The position numbers and the translations under genes are program-made. Below are positions 1-9,552 of a stretch of DNA of 32,000 nucleotides, piece after piece; the first letter of the stretch is position 1; the number at the start of each line of letters is the position of its first letter. A model generated the notes under the pieces. That model was not told where the DNA came from and did no database searches. It saw only the letters and a list, made by a program, of their open reading frames with translations. Source of the stretch: Gemmatimonadaceae bacterium (GTDB lineage: Bacteria; Gemmatimonadota; Gemmatimonadetes; Gemmatimonadales; Gemmatimonadaceae); the NCBI GenBank assembly GCA_036493735.1, contig DASXPH010000106.1:29110-61109 (forward strand), in the 5' to 3' direction.

Positions 1-832
1 TCTTGACCGGTGGACTGTTCTTGGACGTCGCGCGTTCCGCCTCGAGGCTCTGTATGAAGGCCTGGGTCAAGTCCGCGTTGGCTCTGGTGTCGCTCACACC
101 AGGCTTCGTTCGGGCGATCATTTCCATCCAGCCCCAGTGGTACGTCGTCCACCAACTCTGACTTTTTTCCAGGATGCCGTTACGCCCCATCGTTGCGCCG
201 TAGGTCGTGATCGGCAGGAAGTACGCGGGCGGACGAGAGGGCCACAGGCCAACCAAGCCCGCCGGCGACACGCCGATGATCACGAAGACATCCGACCCGA
301 TCTGGACCTTCGTGCCGAGGATGTCCTTTCGGCCGCCGTACTCGGTCTGCCAGCGCGCATAGCTCGCGACGGCCACATGTGCGCCACTCGGCGGCGTGTC
401 TTCGCTCGGAATGAAGTAGCGCCCGAGTGCAGGTGGTGCGTCGAAGAAGCCGAAGAAGGTCGCGCTCACGACACCAATCGGCATCTCACGCGCGGCGTCG
501 CCGACACCGACCGCGAGGTCACGTTCGGTGAAGCCAGCAGTGCGATCGAACGACGTCGTCCACTTCGAGATGTCGACGTAACGCGCGTACTGACCGCCAA
601 GAGACGCCCGCTCCTTTCCACGGTACGTCTGGAAGCCATAGATCCGGTGAACGGACTCCGGGTTCTGCATGAGCGGCGGCGGCCGAAAGAGCAGCCGATC
701 GACGAGCGAAAACATCGCCGCGTTGGCACCGATCCCGAGTGCGAGCGTCAGGACGATGGCGGTGGTGAAGCCAGGCTTGGCGCGAAGGCCGCGAAGCGCG
801 TAGGTCAGGTCCTGCAGGAAGGAATCGAACAT
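1..832 (-). CDS. Duplicated FtsX/MacB-type permease (ADOP family), N-terminal part only. The gene continues past the window start. No PadR partner and no N-terminal prefix domain ('permease F').
   Basis: Absent from the ORF track because it has no stop in the window. A reverse-strand ATG at 832..830 opens an unbroken frame to the edge: [54 protein letters not shown]... This is colinear with the QDLRYALR..PGF..TM1 segment where the membrane part of permeases A-E begins. Confidence 0.8.
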   Translation of the reverse strand, partial: MFDSFLQDLTYALRGLRAKPGFTTAIVLTLALGIGANAAMFSLVDRLLFRPPPLMQNPESVHRIYGFQTYRGKERASLGGQYARYVDISKWTTSFDRTAGFTERDLAVGVGDAAREMPIGVVSATFFGFFDAPPALGRYFIPSEDTPPSGAHVAVASYARWQTEYGGRKDILGTKVQIGSDVFVIIGVSPAGLVGLWPSRPPAYFLPITTYGATMGRNGILEKSQSWWTTYHWGWMEMIARTKPGVSDTRANADLTQAFIQSLEAERATSKNSPPVK

Positions 833-833
833 C

Positions 834-955
834 GCGTTGAGCGTTGAGCGTTGAGCGCTGAGCGTTGGCGGTTGGGCGCGGCTGAGAGATGAGACACGCG
901 AATGGCACGGTCGGTTGGCGTGGCGCCTCAACGCCCAACGCTCAACGCCCAGCGA
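834..955. repeat. Inverted arrays of a 7-nt tandem unit: (GCGTTGA)n at 834-878 and (TCAACGC)n at 928-955, with a spacer of about 49 nt.
   Basis: Left arm reads GCGTTGA GCGTTGA GCGTTGA GCGCTGA GCGTTGG CGGTTGG. Right arm reads TCAACGC CCAACGC TCAACGC CCAGCGA. It lies between the stop of 942..1304 (-) and the ATG of permease F at 832. A second copy of the same family is at 20143-20253. Confidence 0.85.
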
Positions 956-1304
956 CCGGCTCGGCGCGCATAGGTTGGAACCAGCGGGCCGTGCCCTGCC
1001 GAAACAGGAGCCAGACGATCAGCATGGTCAGAGCCGCGTGCATCGAGAGCTCGCGGATGTTGCCGAACGCGCTGAGGACCACATGAAAGGTGATCCAGGC
1101 GACCGCCAGCCAGCGCGCCCAGTTCCGGCCTCGGAGCAGGAAAACTGCGGCGACGACCGCGACGAACTCGGTGAGCTCGATCCAGACGCCCTCCGAAGGT
1201 GTCGTTAGCAGATCGTGGAAGTGCGCGACGAAGCCGCCGATGCCGACGGCGAGATATGCGCCGGCAACGACGAGTACGGCCACGGGAGGGCGGACGAAGG
1301 TCAT
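942..1304 (-). CDS. Small integral membrane protein of unknown function (about 4 TM helices).
   Basis: 120 aa ORF with hydrophobic stretches (VAVLVVAGAYLAVGIGGFVA, FVAVVAAVFLL, WLAVAWITFHVVLSAF, AALTMLIVWLLF). No family recognised. Its 3' end overlaps the right arm of the heptamer repeat. Confidence 0.5.
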   Translation of the reverse strand: MTFVRPPVAVLVVAGAYLAVGIGGFVAHFHDLLTTPSEGVWIELTEFVAVVAAVFLLRGRNWARWLAVAWITFHVVLSAFGNIRELSMHAALTMLIVWLLFRQGTARWFQPMRAEPVAGR

Positions 1305-1474
1305 TTTCCTATCTCGGGCGTTGGATGCTGGTACTGATCAGTAGATGATGGCGCCTGAGATGCCGGCACGCCAGAACCGCCTAACGCTTCCCGGAGCAGT
1401 AGCAAGGGTGTAGGCTTCTGCGTGGGCGACCTGTCGCGAGGCGATTTCGCGAATCCACACGATCCGAGCAGACC

Positions 1475-2263
1475 ATGCAAACCCGTCTCGCTAGTCGTTG
1501 GTTGGGGTTGGTTCTCGCGTTCGGCGCAGCGGGCTGTCACTCCGGGGGAGGCGTTGCACCGTCAGTGACCGTTGGCGAAAGAACGCTTGCGGCCATGCAC
1601 GCGGCATACGCGAAGTCGTGGTATCACACGCTGACATTCCGGCAGCGCACGACGATCTACCCACCGTCGGGCGAGCCCCGTGTCGAGCAATGGTATGAGT
1701 CATTGGCCCAGGTCAACGGCCGAACTGTTCTTCGCATCGATCGCGGGTCGCCGCGCGAGGGGAACGGTATCCTCTACACCGCCGACTCGATGTGGGTGAT
1801 GCGCAACGGCACGCTCGCAGCGCAGCGCGCGAGCGGGAACGAGTTTCTTCCGCTCATCGAGGGAGTCTACGTCCAGCCGGTCGCGCAAACGTCCGCCGAG
1901 CTGCAACGTGAGGGATTCGACCTGACGAAGGGTTATGAGCGTTCGTGGAATGGAACGCGCGTGGCAGTGGTCGGCGCCGCGTCGGCGGCCGATTCGACAA
2001 GCCCGCAGTTCTGGGTCGCTCGCGACCGCGATCTGCTAGTGCGGATGATCATGGCGCTGACGCCGACCCAAACGTTCGACGTGCGTCTCGAGCGATACGA
2101 GCGAGTGGGCGACGGATGGCTCGCGACGCACGTCGAGCTCTTTTCCGGTGGCCGCCCGGCACAGATGGAGGACTACAGCGATTGGCACGTCGACGTGCCG
2201 TTGTCTGACGCCCTCTTCGACATCAATCACTGGACGACAGCGCCGCACTGGGCGGGCGAGTAG
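1475..2263 (+). CDS. Probable secreted lipoprotein of unknown function.
   Basis: 262 aa. N-terminus MQTRLASRWLGLVLAFGAAGC has a signal peptide and a lipobox-like AAGC. The composition looks coding. No confident family assignment. Confidence 0.65.
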   Translation: MQTRLASRWLGLVLAFGAAGCHSGGGVAPSVTVGERTLAAMHAAYAKSWYHTLTFRQRTTIYPPSGEPRVEQWYESLAQVNGRTVLRIDRGSPREGNGILYTADSMWVMRNGTLAAQRASGNEFLPLIEGVYVQPVAQTSAELQREGFDLTKGYERSWNGTRVAVVGAASAADSTSPQFWVARDRDLLVRMIMALTPTQTFDVRLERYERVGDGWLATHVELFSGGRPAQMEDYSDWHVDVPLSDALFDINHWTTAPHWAGE

Positions 2264-2277
2264 CGGGGCACTTCCGC

Positions 2278-4416
2278 CTAACGGCTTGGCTGCGCTTCGA
2301 CCTCCGCCTGCAGACCCGCGCGCGCCATCGGCATCGAGCGAGGACGAATGCCGGTTGCGTCATAGATCGCGGCGCCGATCGCTGGCGCCATGCCCATGAT
2401 TGGTGCCTCGCCCGCGCCCATCGCCGGTTTGTCCTTACGGTTCATCAGCACCACCTCGATTTTCGGCACATCGGAGAAACGGGGCACCCGGTACTGCGCG
2501 AGGTGCGCGTTCCGCACCGCACCGTGATCGAAGTCGATCGCCTCGAACAAGGCACCGCCAATTCCCTGGATCATCGCACCCACGATCTGATTTCGGAGTC
2601 CATCCGGGTTGATCGTGGGCCCGTTGTCGAACGCCGTGACGGCGCGAACGACGCGCGGCTCGCGCACGCCGTCGCGCGGCTCGACAGCGATCTCGGCGAA
2701 CGTCGCGAAGTACCCTCCCTTCTCGAACCCACCACCCATCCCGTATCCGTGCCCAGTGGGTGCTTTCTTGCCCCACCCGAAGCGCTCGCCAGCCGCCGTG
2801 AAGACGTCGCGGAGCCGAGCATCCTGGATGTTCTTGAGGCGGAACGCCAGCGCGTCCATCGTCAGGATGGCGGCGAGCTCGTTGATGTGCGTCTCGCGCG
2901 CGAAATGATTCGCTGTCGCCGCGAGGCCGCGGTACGATCCCTGACGCAGCGGGGTGTCACTCGGATGGTAGGTGACACGCTGGTTGGGAATCTCGTACCA
3001 CGGCGCGATCGCCGCCGGGCCGGAGTTGTAGTTGTCGAACGACCACGCGACGAGCGTGCCGTCGTTATGCACACCAGCATCGACGTCGATCACACCCGCC
3101 GGCCTGAAATACGCCCAGCGGAACTCCTCCTCGCGCGTCCACACCAGCTTCACTGGCTTGCGCGCCGCGCGCGCGAGACGCGCCGCTTCCACCGCGCACT
3201 CGCCAGTGTGTTTCCCACCGTACCCCGAGCCCGTGTCGGGCACGATCACCCGGACGCGTTCCTGGGAAAGGCTGAACGCTTCAGCCAACTCGTCGCGTAC
3301 AGCGAACGGGCGCTGAGTGCCAGTCCAGACGGTGAGCTTGTCACCCTGCTGATCGTGTGACCATTCTGCCACGGCGGCCCGAGGCTCGAGGGGCACATGG
3401 GCGATGTACGCCACCGTGTAGCTACGCGTTAGGCGCTTCGCGGCGGCGGCGAGCGCCGCATCGACATCGCCCTTGACGATCGGTCCACCGCGGCCGCCTT
3501 CCCCGCCGCGCTCTCCGCTCTCTTTCGGCCGCGTCGACTTGAGGTACGCATAGATATCGCGCGAATCCGGGAGCGGTCCGTTAGGCGGCGTCCACACGGC
3601 GCGCACCGCGGCGAGCGCGCGCGTCGCCGTGTCGTTATCGGGCGCGACCACGCCAGCGAAGTCGCCGTCCCGCGTGACTACCACGCCACGAAACTTCGCC
3701 GCCGGACCACTATCAAACTCGGCGAGCTTCGATCCGTAGGCGATCGGACGCACCACCTTACCGACCAGCATGCCCGGACGCACGATGTCGGACGTGTAGG
3801 AATGCCGTCCCGTGACGAGCTCGCGCCCTTCCACGTTTGGCACCGATGTCCCAGCGACACGCCATCTGGTCGGGTCGGTGAGCTCCGCGTCGTCACGTAC
3901 ACTCTCCACGAGTCGGCGTCCTTTCGTGAGATCACCGTAGGCGACGGTGCGTCCCGACTTCGGATCGTGAACGCGGCCGTCGGCTGCCGTTAGGCTCGTT
4001 GGCGTGACTCTCCATTGCTGCGCGGCAAGACCGATGAGCAGGTCGCGCGCGGCCGCGCTCACCTTTCGCAGCTTCGTCCCCATCTGCGGCGTGGATAGGC
4101 TGCCGAAGGTGCCCATGTCGAAGGGTGTGAGCTCCGTGTCACCCATGACCATCTGAATGGACGACATCGGAACGCGGAGCTCCTCGGCAACCTCCTGCGC
4201 GAGCGAGGTGCGGATGCCCTGGCCGAACTCCACTTTGCCGGTGTAGACGGTCACGCGTCCATCGCCAGCGACATGCAGCCATGCGCCGATTTGCTCCCCT
4301 TGGTTGCTGATGCCTGCTGACGGGTGGCTGGTTGTTGCAGCGAAGAGGTCACGGCTGACAAGGGTGACCACGAGCCCCGCGCCGAAGCGCTCCAGAAATT
4401 CCCGTCGCGTGGTCAT
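2278..4416 (-). CDS. Molybdopterin-binding large subunit of a xanthine dehydrogenase/aldehyde oxidase-family enzyme (IorB-like), Tat-exported.
   Basis: 712 aa. Twin-arginine N-terminus MTTRREFLERFGAGLVV. Length and sequence are typical of IorB-type subunits. A 4-nt ATGA overlap with the upstream 2Fe-2S subunit gene indicates an operon. Confidence 0.88.
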   Translation of the reverse strand: MTTRREFLERFGAGLVVTLVSRDLFAATTSHPSAGISNQGEQIGAWLHVAGDGRVTVYTGKVEFGQGIRTSLAQEVAEELRVPMSSIQMVMGDTELTPFDMGTFGSLSTPQMGTKLRKVSAAARDLLIGLAAQQWRVTPTSLTAADGRVHDPKSGRTVAYGDLTKGRRLVESVRDDAELTDPTRWRVAGTSVPNVEGRELVTGRHSYTSDIVRPGMLVGKVVRPIAYGSKLAEFDSGPAAKFRGVVVTRDGDFAGVVAPDNDTATRALAAVRAVWTPPNGPLPDSRDIYAYLKSTRPKESGERGGEGGRGGPIVKGDVDAALAAAAKRLTRSYTVAYIAHVPLEPRAAVAEWSHDQQGDKLTVWTGTQRPFAVRDELAEAFSLSQERVRVIVPDTGSGYGGKHTGECAVEAARLARAARKPVKLVWTREEEFRWAYFRPAGVIDVDAGVHNDGTLVAWSFDNYNSGPAAIAPWYEIPNQRVTYHPSDTPLRQGSYRGLAATANHFARETHINELAAILTMDALAFRLKNIQDARLRDVFTAAGERFGWGKKAPTGHGYGMGGGFEKGGYFATFAEIAVEPRDGVREPRVVRAVTAFDNGPTINPDGLRNQIVGAMIQGIGGALFEAIDFDHGAVRNAHLAQYRVPRFSDVPKIEVVLMNRKDKPAMGAGEAPIMGMAPAIGAAIYDATGIRPRSMPMARAGLQAEVEAQPSR

Positions 4417-4895
4417 TGTCGCGCCTCCGCGCTCGCGGTGTGACCAGACGCGGCGCGCTGCACGGCCGCGACGATGCGAGGGTACGTGCCGCAGCGGCAG
4501 ACATTGCCTTGCATCCCGGCGATGATCTGTTGCTCGTTAGGCGACGGGTTCGCGCGCAGCAGGCTGACGGTGGCCATGATCATCCCAGGCGTGCAGTAGC
4601 CGCATTGCATCGCCCCCTCATCGAGGAACGCCTGCTGCACGGGGTGCAGTCGGCCACCGTGTTCCAATCCTTCGATGGTGATGATCGGATGGCCAGCGGC
4701 CGCTGATACGGGCGTGCTGCAGGCGCGAACGGCATGTTCCCCGAGGAGCACCGTGCATGCGCCACATTGGCCTTCGCCGCATCCGTACTTCGTGCCGGTG
4801 AGCGCGAGCTCGTCGCGCAGCACGCTCAACAGGGTCCGGGATGGTCCGATATCGAGGTGGTGACGGTGTCCGTTCACGTCGAGCTCGATCCGCAT
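4413..4895 (-). CDS. [2Fe-2S]-binding small subunit (IorA-like) of the same oxidoreductase.
   Basis: Motifs CGEGQCGACTV and CGYCTPG...CRCGTY. Start moved to the internal ATG at 4895 (MRIELDVNGH...), which has AAGAAGGTGA just upstream. The longer track ORF would overlap the kinase gene that ends at 4943. Confidence 0.88.
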   Translation of the reverse strand: MRIELDVNGHRHHLDIGPSRTLLSVLRDELALTGTKYGCGEGQCGACTVLLGEHAVRACSTPVSAAAGHPIITIEGLEHGGRLHPVQQAFLDEGAMQCGYCTPGMIMATVSLLRANPSPNEQQIIAGMQGNVCRCGTYPRIVAAVQRAASGHTASAEARQ

Positions 4896-4942
4896 GCTCA
4901 CCTTCTTGATGAAGTACCCACTTGCCTCCAACCAGGCTGCAG

Positions 4943-6409
4943 TCAGCTGATAGGGAGCACAAGGTGAAAGGTGGCGCCGCCTCGCCGATTGTTCTCTCCC
5001 CATAACGTGCCGCCATGCGAGGTCGCGATCGTGCGCGCGACCGTGAGGCCAAGCCCCAGCCCTTCTGGTTTCGTCGTGTAGAAGGGCTCGAACACGCGCT
5101 CGGCGGATACGTTAGGCAAGCCGGCTCCCGAATCGGCGACGAGCACCTCGACATGCTGAGCGTCGGGCCGAAACAGCTCGACGCGAAGCTGCCGGCTCGG
5201 CGCCGGCGTGCCATTCATTGGGTCGCACCCATTCACAATGAGGTTGACGATGACCTGCAACAGCTTGACTGCATCGCCTCGCACGGGGGGCAATCTATCG
5301 GCAAAATGCACGTTCAGCTCGACGTCCGCGAGCTCAAGGGCACTTCTGCTCAATGCGAGCGCGTCGCGGACGACTTTCTCGACATCGAGCGTCTCGAAGC
5401 GCGACTCTCCATTCCTCAGAAAGAGCCGCAGGTGAGTGATGACACTGGCGGCGTGACGATTCTCGCTCTCGATGTCGGAAAGTGTGGCGCGAAGCATCGG
5501 CAGGTCCGTGGGCTGTCGCGCGAGCATGAGCCTGGCCGCTTGCGCGTTCGCGAGAATCGCCGTCAACGGCTGGCGCAGCTCGTGGGCGAGGGCGACAGAG
5601 AGCTCGCCGGCGGTGGCGATCCGCGTCACGTGCGAAAGCTGGTTCCGCTGATCCTCCAGTGCGCTTGCAATCAGGGTGCGCTCGCGGATGACTGCCGCGA
5701 GCAGCATGACGGGTAGAGAGATTGCGATCCAGTACAGCTGCAGGGACAGCACGACATCGTTGCTCGCCGACAAGACGAATGGCCCCAGTTGACGGGAGGC
5801 GCCCGCAATCGAGAGTGCGGCAATGCACAACAATGAAATGCTCGCGCCCAGCGGCCCAAGCCGTACTGCAGCCCAGATGAGAGGGGGGAACGTCAAGACG
5901 AGCAGCCAGGGGAAACGGGCGAGCTGAGGCCCGGCGGTGACAGCAATGACGCCCACGACGATGACTGTACCCATGATCGTTGCCGCTTCGGCGACGGCTC
6001 CTTTCGATATCGCACGCCACCGCTTCGCACCAAGTGCGCACAGCAACACAGCCGGTGTGACGAGCAGCAAAGGCGTCAGGTTGGCCATGACGAGGCGCGC
6101 AAAGGCAATCGGGGGAGAGAAAAAGGTCTCCAACCCTGCGAGCGAGCGTACGAAACCGGGTCCAGTCAAGGCGAGCGACACAGGCATCACGACGGCGAGG
6201 CACAGGTAGATGAGCACCTCAAGGCCGATCTGGGAACGCTGAAAGAGTACTCCCTGGCTGAGCCGTGCCGTCCAGTAATACCCAGTGCCAAAGAGGATCA
6301 GCCAGACTCGCGATCGCGCTGCGCGGATGAGCACCGCACGGACCCGCTCTTCGAAGTGGAAGTCGGAAAGGAAATCCGACCTCTTGGTCGCGCCTTCAAT
6401 GCGTTCCAT
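4943..6409 (-). CDS. Membrane sensor histidine kinase with a polytopic (MASE1-like) N-terminal domain. No cognate response regulator is adjacent.
   Basis: 488 aa. H-box ALAHELRQPLTAI; ATPase motifs LIVNGCD, DSGAGLP, GLGLGLTVARTIATSHGG. The N-terminal ~250 aa are multi-TM and contain PPLIWAAVRLGPLG, which resembles MASE1. Confidence 0.85.
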   Translation of the reverse strand: MERIEGATKRSDFLSDFHFEERVRAVLIRAARSRVWLILFGTGYYWTARLSQGVLFQRSQIGLEVLIYLCLAVVMPVSLALTGPGFVRSLAGLETFFSPPIAFARLVMANLTPLLLVTPAVLLCALGAKRWRAISKGAVAEAATIMGTVIVVGVIAVTAGPQLARFPWLLVLTFPPLIWAAVRLGPLGASISLLCIAALSIAGASRQLGPFVLSASNDVVLSLQLYWIAISLPVMLLAAVIRERTLIASALEDQRNQLSHVTRIATAGELSVALAHELRQPLTAILANAQAARLMLARQPTDLPMLRATLSDIESENRHAASVITHLRLFLRNGESRFETLDVEKVVRDALALSRSALELADVELNVHFADRLPPVRGDAVKLLQVIVNLIVNGCDPMNGTPAPSRQLRVELFRPDAQHVEVLVADSGAGLPNVSAERVFEPFYTTKPEGLGLGLTVARTIATSHGGTLWGENNRRGGATFHLVLPIS

Positions 6410-6528
6410 CTCTTTCGCGCACGTCGTCTTTGTCAGGCTGCCGTCACATCAGCGTGGGCTCGAACGAGGGCCCAATCTGGTTAGGCGAGCATTGGGGGGC
6501 AAGAACGCAGAGCGCTAGCCTCAACCCC

Positions 6529-9198
6529 CTAGTCAGCCCGAAGCACGCTCAACGGATCGCTCCGAGCAGCGCGACGCGCCGGCAGGTAACACGCCGCGAG
6601 CGCGATCCCTGCCAGGAGCAGTGGCAAGGCCAGCAGTACGACCGGATCCGTTGGGCTCACGTCGTAGAGAAGGCTCCCAAGCAAACGGGTGACCGCGAGC
6701 GCGCCTCCGACGCCCAGCGTGACGCCCACCAAGGCGAGGAGAGCGCCCTCGCCGAGCACGAGCCTGACCACCGCGCGCGGATCGGCGCCGATGGCGAGTC
6801 GGATGCCGAACTCGCGGCTGCGATTGGCGACGTGGAGCGACATCACTCCATAGATGCCTACCGCCGCCAGCAACAGCGCGACCAGCGCGAAGCCGCCGAG
6901 CAGGAGCTTCGTTAGGCGTCGCGTCGCGAACGTCTGATCAATAATGTTGGAGAACGACGTCACGTCGTCGAGCGGAATCGCCGGCTCGACTTCGGCGACA
7001 ATGCGGCGTGCCGCCGCGATCGCACTCGCGCTCGATCCGTTCGTCCGAATCACCAGTGAAAACGGAGTATCGCCCGTTTGTGGGATGCTCTGATACAGGT
7101 GCGGCTCCGGTGGAAGCGCCGGGTCACCGTCGCGGACCGTGCCCACGACGCCGATGATCGTGAACCAGGTTGGGGTGCCCGTCGCGCGAATACGATGGCC
7201 GAGCGCCTCGGCGCCCTTCCAGTAACGGTTGGCGATGGTGACGTCGACGATGCCGACCGGCAGACTCGTCGAGTCGTCCGTGGCAGCGAAGTCGCGCCCA
7301 TAGAGCAGCGGAATGCCGATCGTCTTGAAGTATCCGGGACTCACTCCAATCCGATAAGCCTGAGACTCGTTGCCGCTCGAGGGCACCGGTCTGCCGTCGA
7401 TCAGGTATCCATCGTAGTCACCGTTTTGACTCATCGGCAGTCCTGTCGTGAGCGCCGCGGTCTGGACTCCGGGGATCGCGCGCACGCGCGGCAGTATAGC
7501 ATTTACGAATGTGTTCAGTCTGACCGCGTCATTCCCGATTCGCGGCGGTACCCACAGCGCCATGGACGTCACACCGTCGGGTTGAAAACCGAAATCAAGT
7601 TGCGTCAGGCGCTGAAAACTCTTCAGCACAAGGCCGGCGGCAATCAAGAGCACCACGGACAAAGACAGCTGTACCACGACGAGCGCGTTGTTGACTCTCC
7701 GCGAGCCGGCATGCGAGCTCTCACGTTGTCCCGCTGTGAGGTCCGACGTGAGCTGAACCCTGCCGGCGTGAATAGCTGGAAGGAGGCCGAACAGGAGACC
7801 GCTCGCGAGCGATACCGCTAATGTGAACGCGAGCACGCGACCATCGACGGAGACTTCGTCGATGCGCGGTAGCGTGGCGAGATTCGAGTGCGTGAAGAAG
7901 CGAACCGCGACTATCGCGAGTCCGACACCCACGACCGCGCCGAGCAGGGCGAGTGCGACGCTCTCGGTGAGCAGCTGGCGCATCACTCGCCTTCCGCTCG
8001 CCCCGAGCGCGGCGCGCAGCGTGATCTCACGCTGCCGCGCCGCGGCCCTTCCAGACAACAAAGTTGCGACATTCGCGATCGCGATTAATAAAATCAGCGT
8101 CACTGCCGCGAGCAGAACTGTCAACGAACGCGCACTATTGCCGGTGATCTGCTCGTGGAGCGGCGTAACGAGCGTCTTCATGCGCGTCTTGCTGGGATCT
8201 ACCGATGCACTGACGACGTGCTGCTGCCGCGCCCACTCCCACATGATCGCTGTCGTCTGCCGCTCGGCGTGCTCCACTGTGACACCAGGCTTCAGCCGTG
8301 CAAGTCCCGCATTGAAAAACCCCCACCGCCAGTTCGGATCCAAGCCCACGGGGAGATACGCGCTGATTCCCGGCCGCGGGAACTCGAAGCTCGCCGGCAT
8401 GACGCCAACGACGCGTATTGGTTGTCCATCGATATCGATCGTCTTCCCGATCACAGAGGGATTACCACCGAAGCGCGAGCGCCACATCCCATCGCTGAGA
8501 ATCATCACCGTGTTCTTCCCTGGCGAATCTTCTTCCGTGGTGAACTCCCGACCGATTACCGGGCCGACACCGATGGCGCGGAAGAACTGCGCCGTTACAC
8601 GGAGGATCCGAATGCGCTGCGGCCCCTTGGCATCCTGCACCGCTACGCTACCACCTCGGTAACCGGCAAATGCGCTGAAGTCCGTCGAGCGGTCGCGGTA
8701 CATCGCGATGTTCATCGGATTGAGACCCCAACTATCGAGGCCCTTCTCCGGATACGATTGAAAGATCCCGACAATCCGGTCGGACTGCGGATACGGCAGC
8801 GGACGCAAGAGAATGCTGTTCACGAGTGTGAACATCGCCGTGGTCGCACCAATACCCAGAGCTAGCGTAACGATGGTGACGGCAGCGAACGTCGGCATAC
8901 GCCGAAAGGTGCGAAGTGCGTAGCGGAAGTCGGTGAAGAGAGACTCGAGCCATTCCATGAGTCGTACCTCGCGAGCGTATTGCCGGTCGATGGTGAGACA
9001 TTCGTCACGAACGCCAGCCCGATCGCCAAACCGATCGTGTGCGCTGGCGCGGGCAGCTTCAGGTGGTAGTCCGAGCTGTTTGAGCTTCTCCTCGCGCATG
9101 CTGAGATGAAACGCGAGCTCGTCGTCGATGTCGCGCTCGATGGAGCGCTCTCCGAGTCGCAGACGGAGCAGCCGCCGCCAACCGGGCGCCGGACTCAC
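6529..9198 (-). CDS. ADOP-type duplicated FtsX/MacB permease with a cytoplasmic N-terminal prefix domain ('permease A').
   Basis: 889 aa. Prefix DIDDELAFHLSMREEKLKQLGLPPEAARASAHDRFGD, then [34 protein letters not shown] (TM1). Two periplasmic-domain plus FtsX units. C-terminus REFGIRLAIGA...YLPARRAARSDPLSVLRAD. The GTG start overlaps the PadR-A stop (GTGA). Confidence 0.92.
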   Translation of the reverse strand: MSPAPGWRRLLRLRLGERSIERDIDDELAFHLSMREEKLKQLGLPPEAARASAHDRFGDRAGVRDECLTIDRQYAREVRLMEWLESLFTDFRYALRTFRRMPTFAAVTIVTLALGIGATTAMFTLVNSILLRPLPYPQSDRIVGIFQSYPEKGLDSWGLNPMNIAMYRDRSTDFSAFAGYRGGSVAVQDAKGPQRIRILRVTAQFFRAIGVGPVIGREFTTEEDSPGKNTVMILSDGMWRSRFGGNPSVIGKTIDIDGQPIRVVGVMPASFEFPRPGISAYLPVGLDPNWRWGFFNAGLARLKPGVTVEHAERQTTAIMWEWARQQHVVSASVDPSKTRMKTLVTPLHEQITGNSARSLTVLLAAVTLILLIAIANVATLLSGRAAARQREITLRAALGASGRRVMRQLLTESVALALLGAVVGVGLAIVAVRFFTHSNLATLPRIDEVSVDGRVLAFTLAVSLASGLLFGLLPAIHAGRVQLTSDLTAGQRESSHAGSRRVNNALVVVQLSLSVVLLIAAGLVLKSFQRLTQLDFGFQPDGVTSMALWVPPRIGNDAVRLNTFVNAILPRVRAIPGVQTAALTTGLPMSQNGDYDGYLIDGRPVPSSGNESQAYRIGVSPGYFKTIGIPLLYGRDFAATDDSTSLPVGIVDVTIANRYWKGAEALGHRIRATGTPTWFTIIGVVGTVRDGDPALPPEPHLYQSIPQTGDTPFSLVIRTNGSSASAIAAARRIVAEVEPAIPLDDVTSFSNIIDQTFATRRLTKLLLGGFALVALLLAAVGIYGVMSLHVANRSREFGIRLAIGADPRAVVRLVLGEGALLALVGVTLGVGGALAVTRLLGSLLYDVSPTDPVVLLALPLLLAGIALAACYLPARRAARSDPLSVLRAD

Positions 9199-9542
9199 GC
9201 GAGCTCCACCGACGTCCGCCTCAGCACCCCGGCGATCGCCTCAGCGTGGCGATGCCAGAGCGGCGCCTGGGCGCGAAAGCGTGCGCGGCCAGCAGTGGTG
9301 AGCTTATAGAATTTTGCCCGACGATTGTTGTCCGACACGCCCCACTCGCTCGCGATCCAGCCGCGGCGCTCGAGGCGGTGGAGCGCTGGATAGAGCGTCC
9401 CTTCCTCGAGGAGGAGCAGCGACGCCGTGGCGCCCTCGATCCACTCACTGATGCCGTAGCCATGCATCGAGCCCCAGCTGAGTGTCTTGAGGATCAGCAG
9501 ATCCAGACTGCTGCGAAGGAGATCGGTTTCGGTGTCGGCCAT
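9195..9542 (-). CDS. PadR-family transcriptional regulator (Acidobacterial-type), 'PadR-A'.
   Basis: MADTETDLLRSSLDLLILKTLSWGSMHGYGISEWI...EGTLYPALHRLERRGWIASEWGVSDNNRRAKFYKLTTAGR. Start taken at the internal ATG 9542 (residue 19 of the track ORF), preceded by an AAGGGA Shine-Dalgarno-like sequence. Confidence 0.9.
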   Translation of the reverse strand: MADTETDLLRSSLDLLILKTLSWGSMHGYGISEWIEGATASLLLLEEGTLYPALHRLERRGWIASEWGVSDNNRRAKFYKLTTAGRARFRAQAPLWHRHAEAIAGVLRRTSVELA

Positions 9543-9552
9543 AGGTCCCTTA

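Noticed and set aside
137-847. 236-aa plus-strand ORF at the left edge.
   Set aside because: Arg/Pro-rich low-complexity translation, antisense to the well-supported permease F reading frame. This is the usual high-GC shadow ORF.
6487-6531. G6 ... C5 inverted run after the permease A stop, considered as an intrinsic terminator.
   Set aside because: The stem is only 5-6 bp around a loop of about 25 nt, with no U-tract. This is too weak to call.
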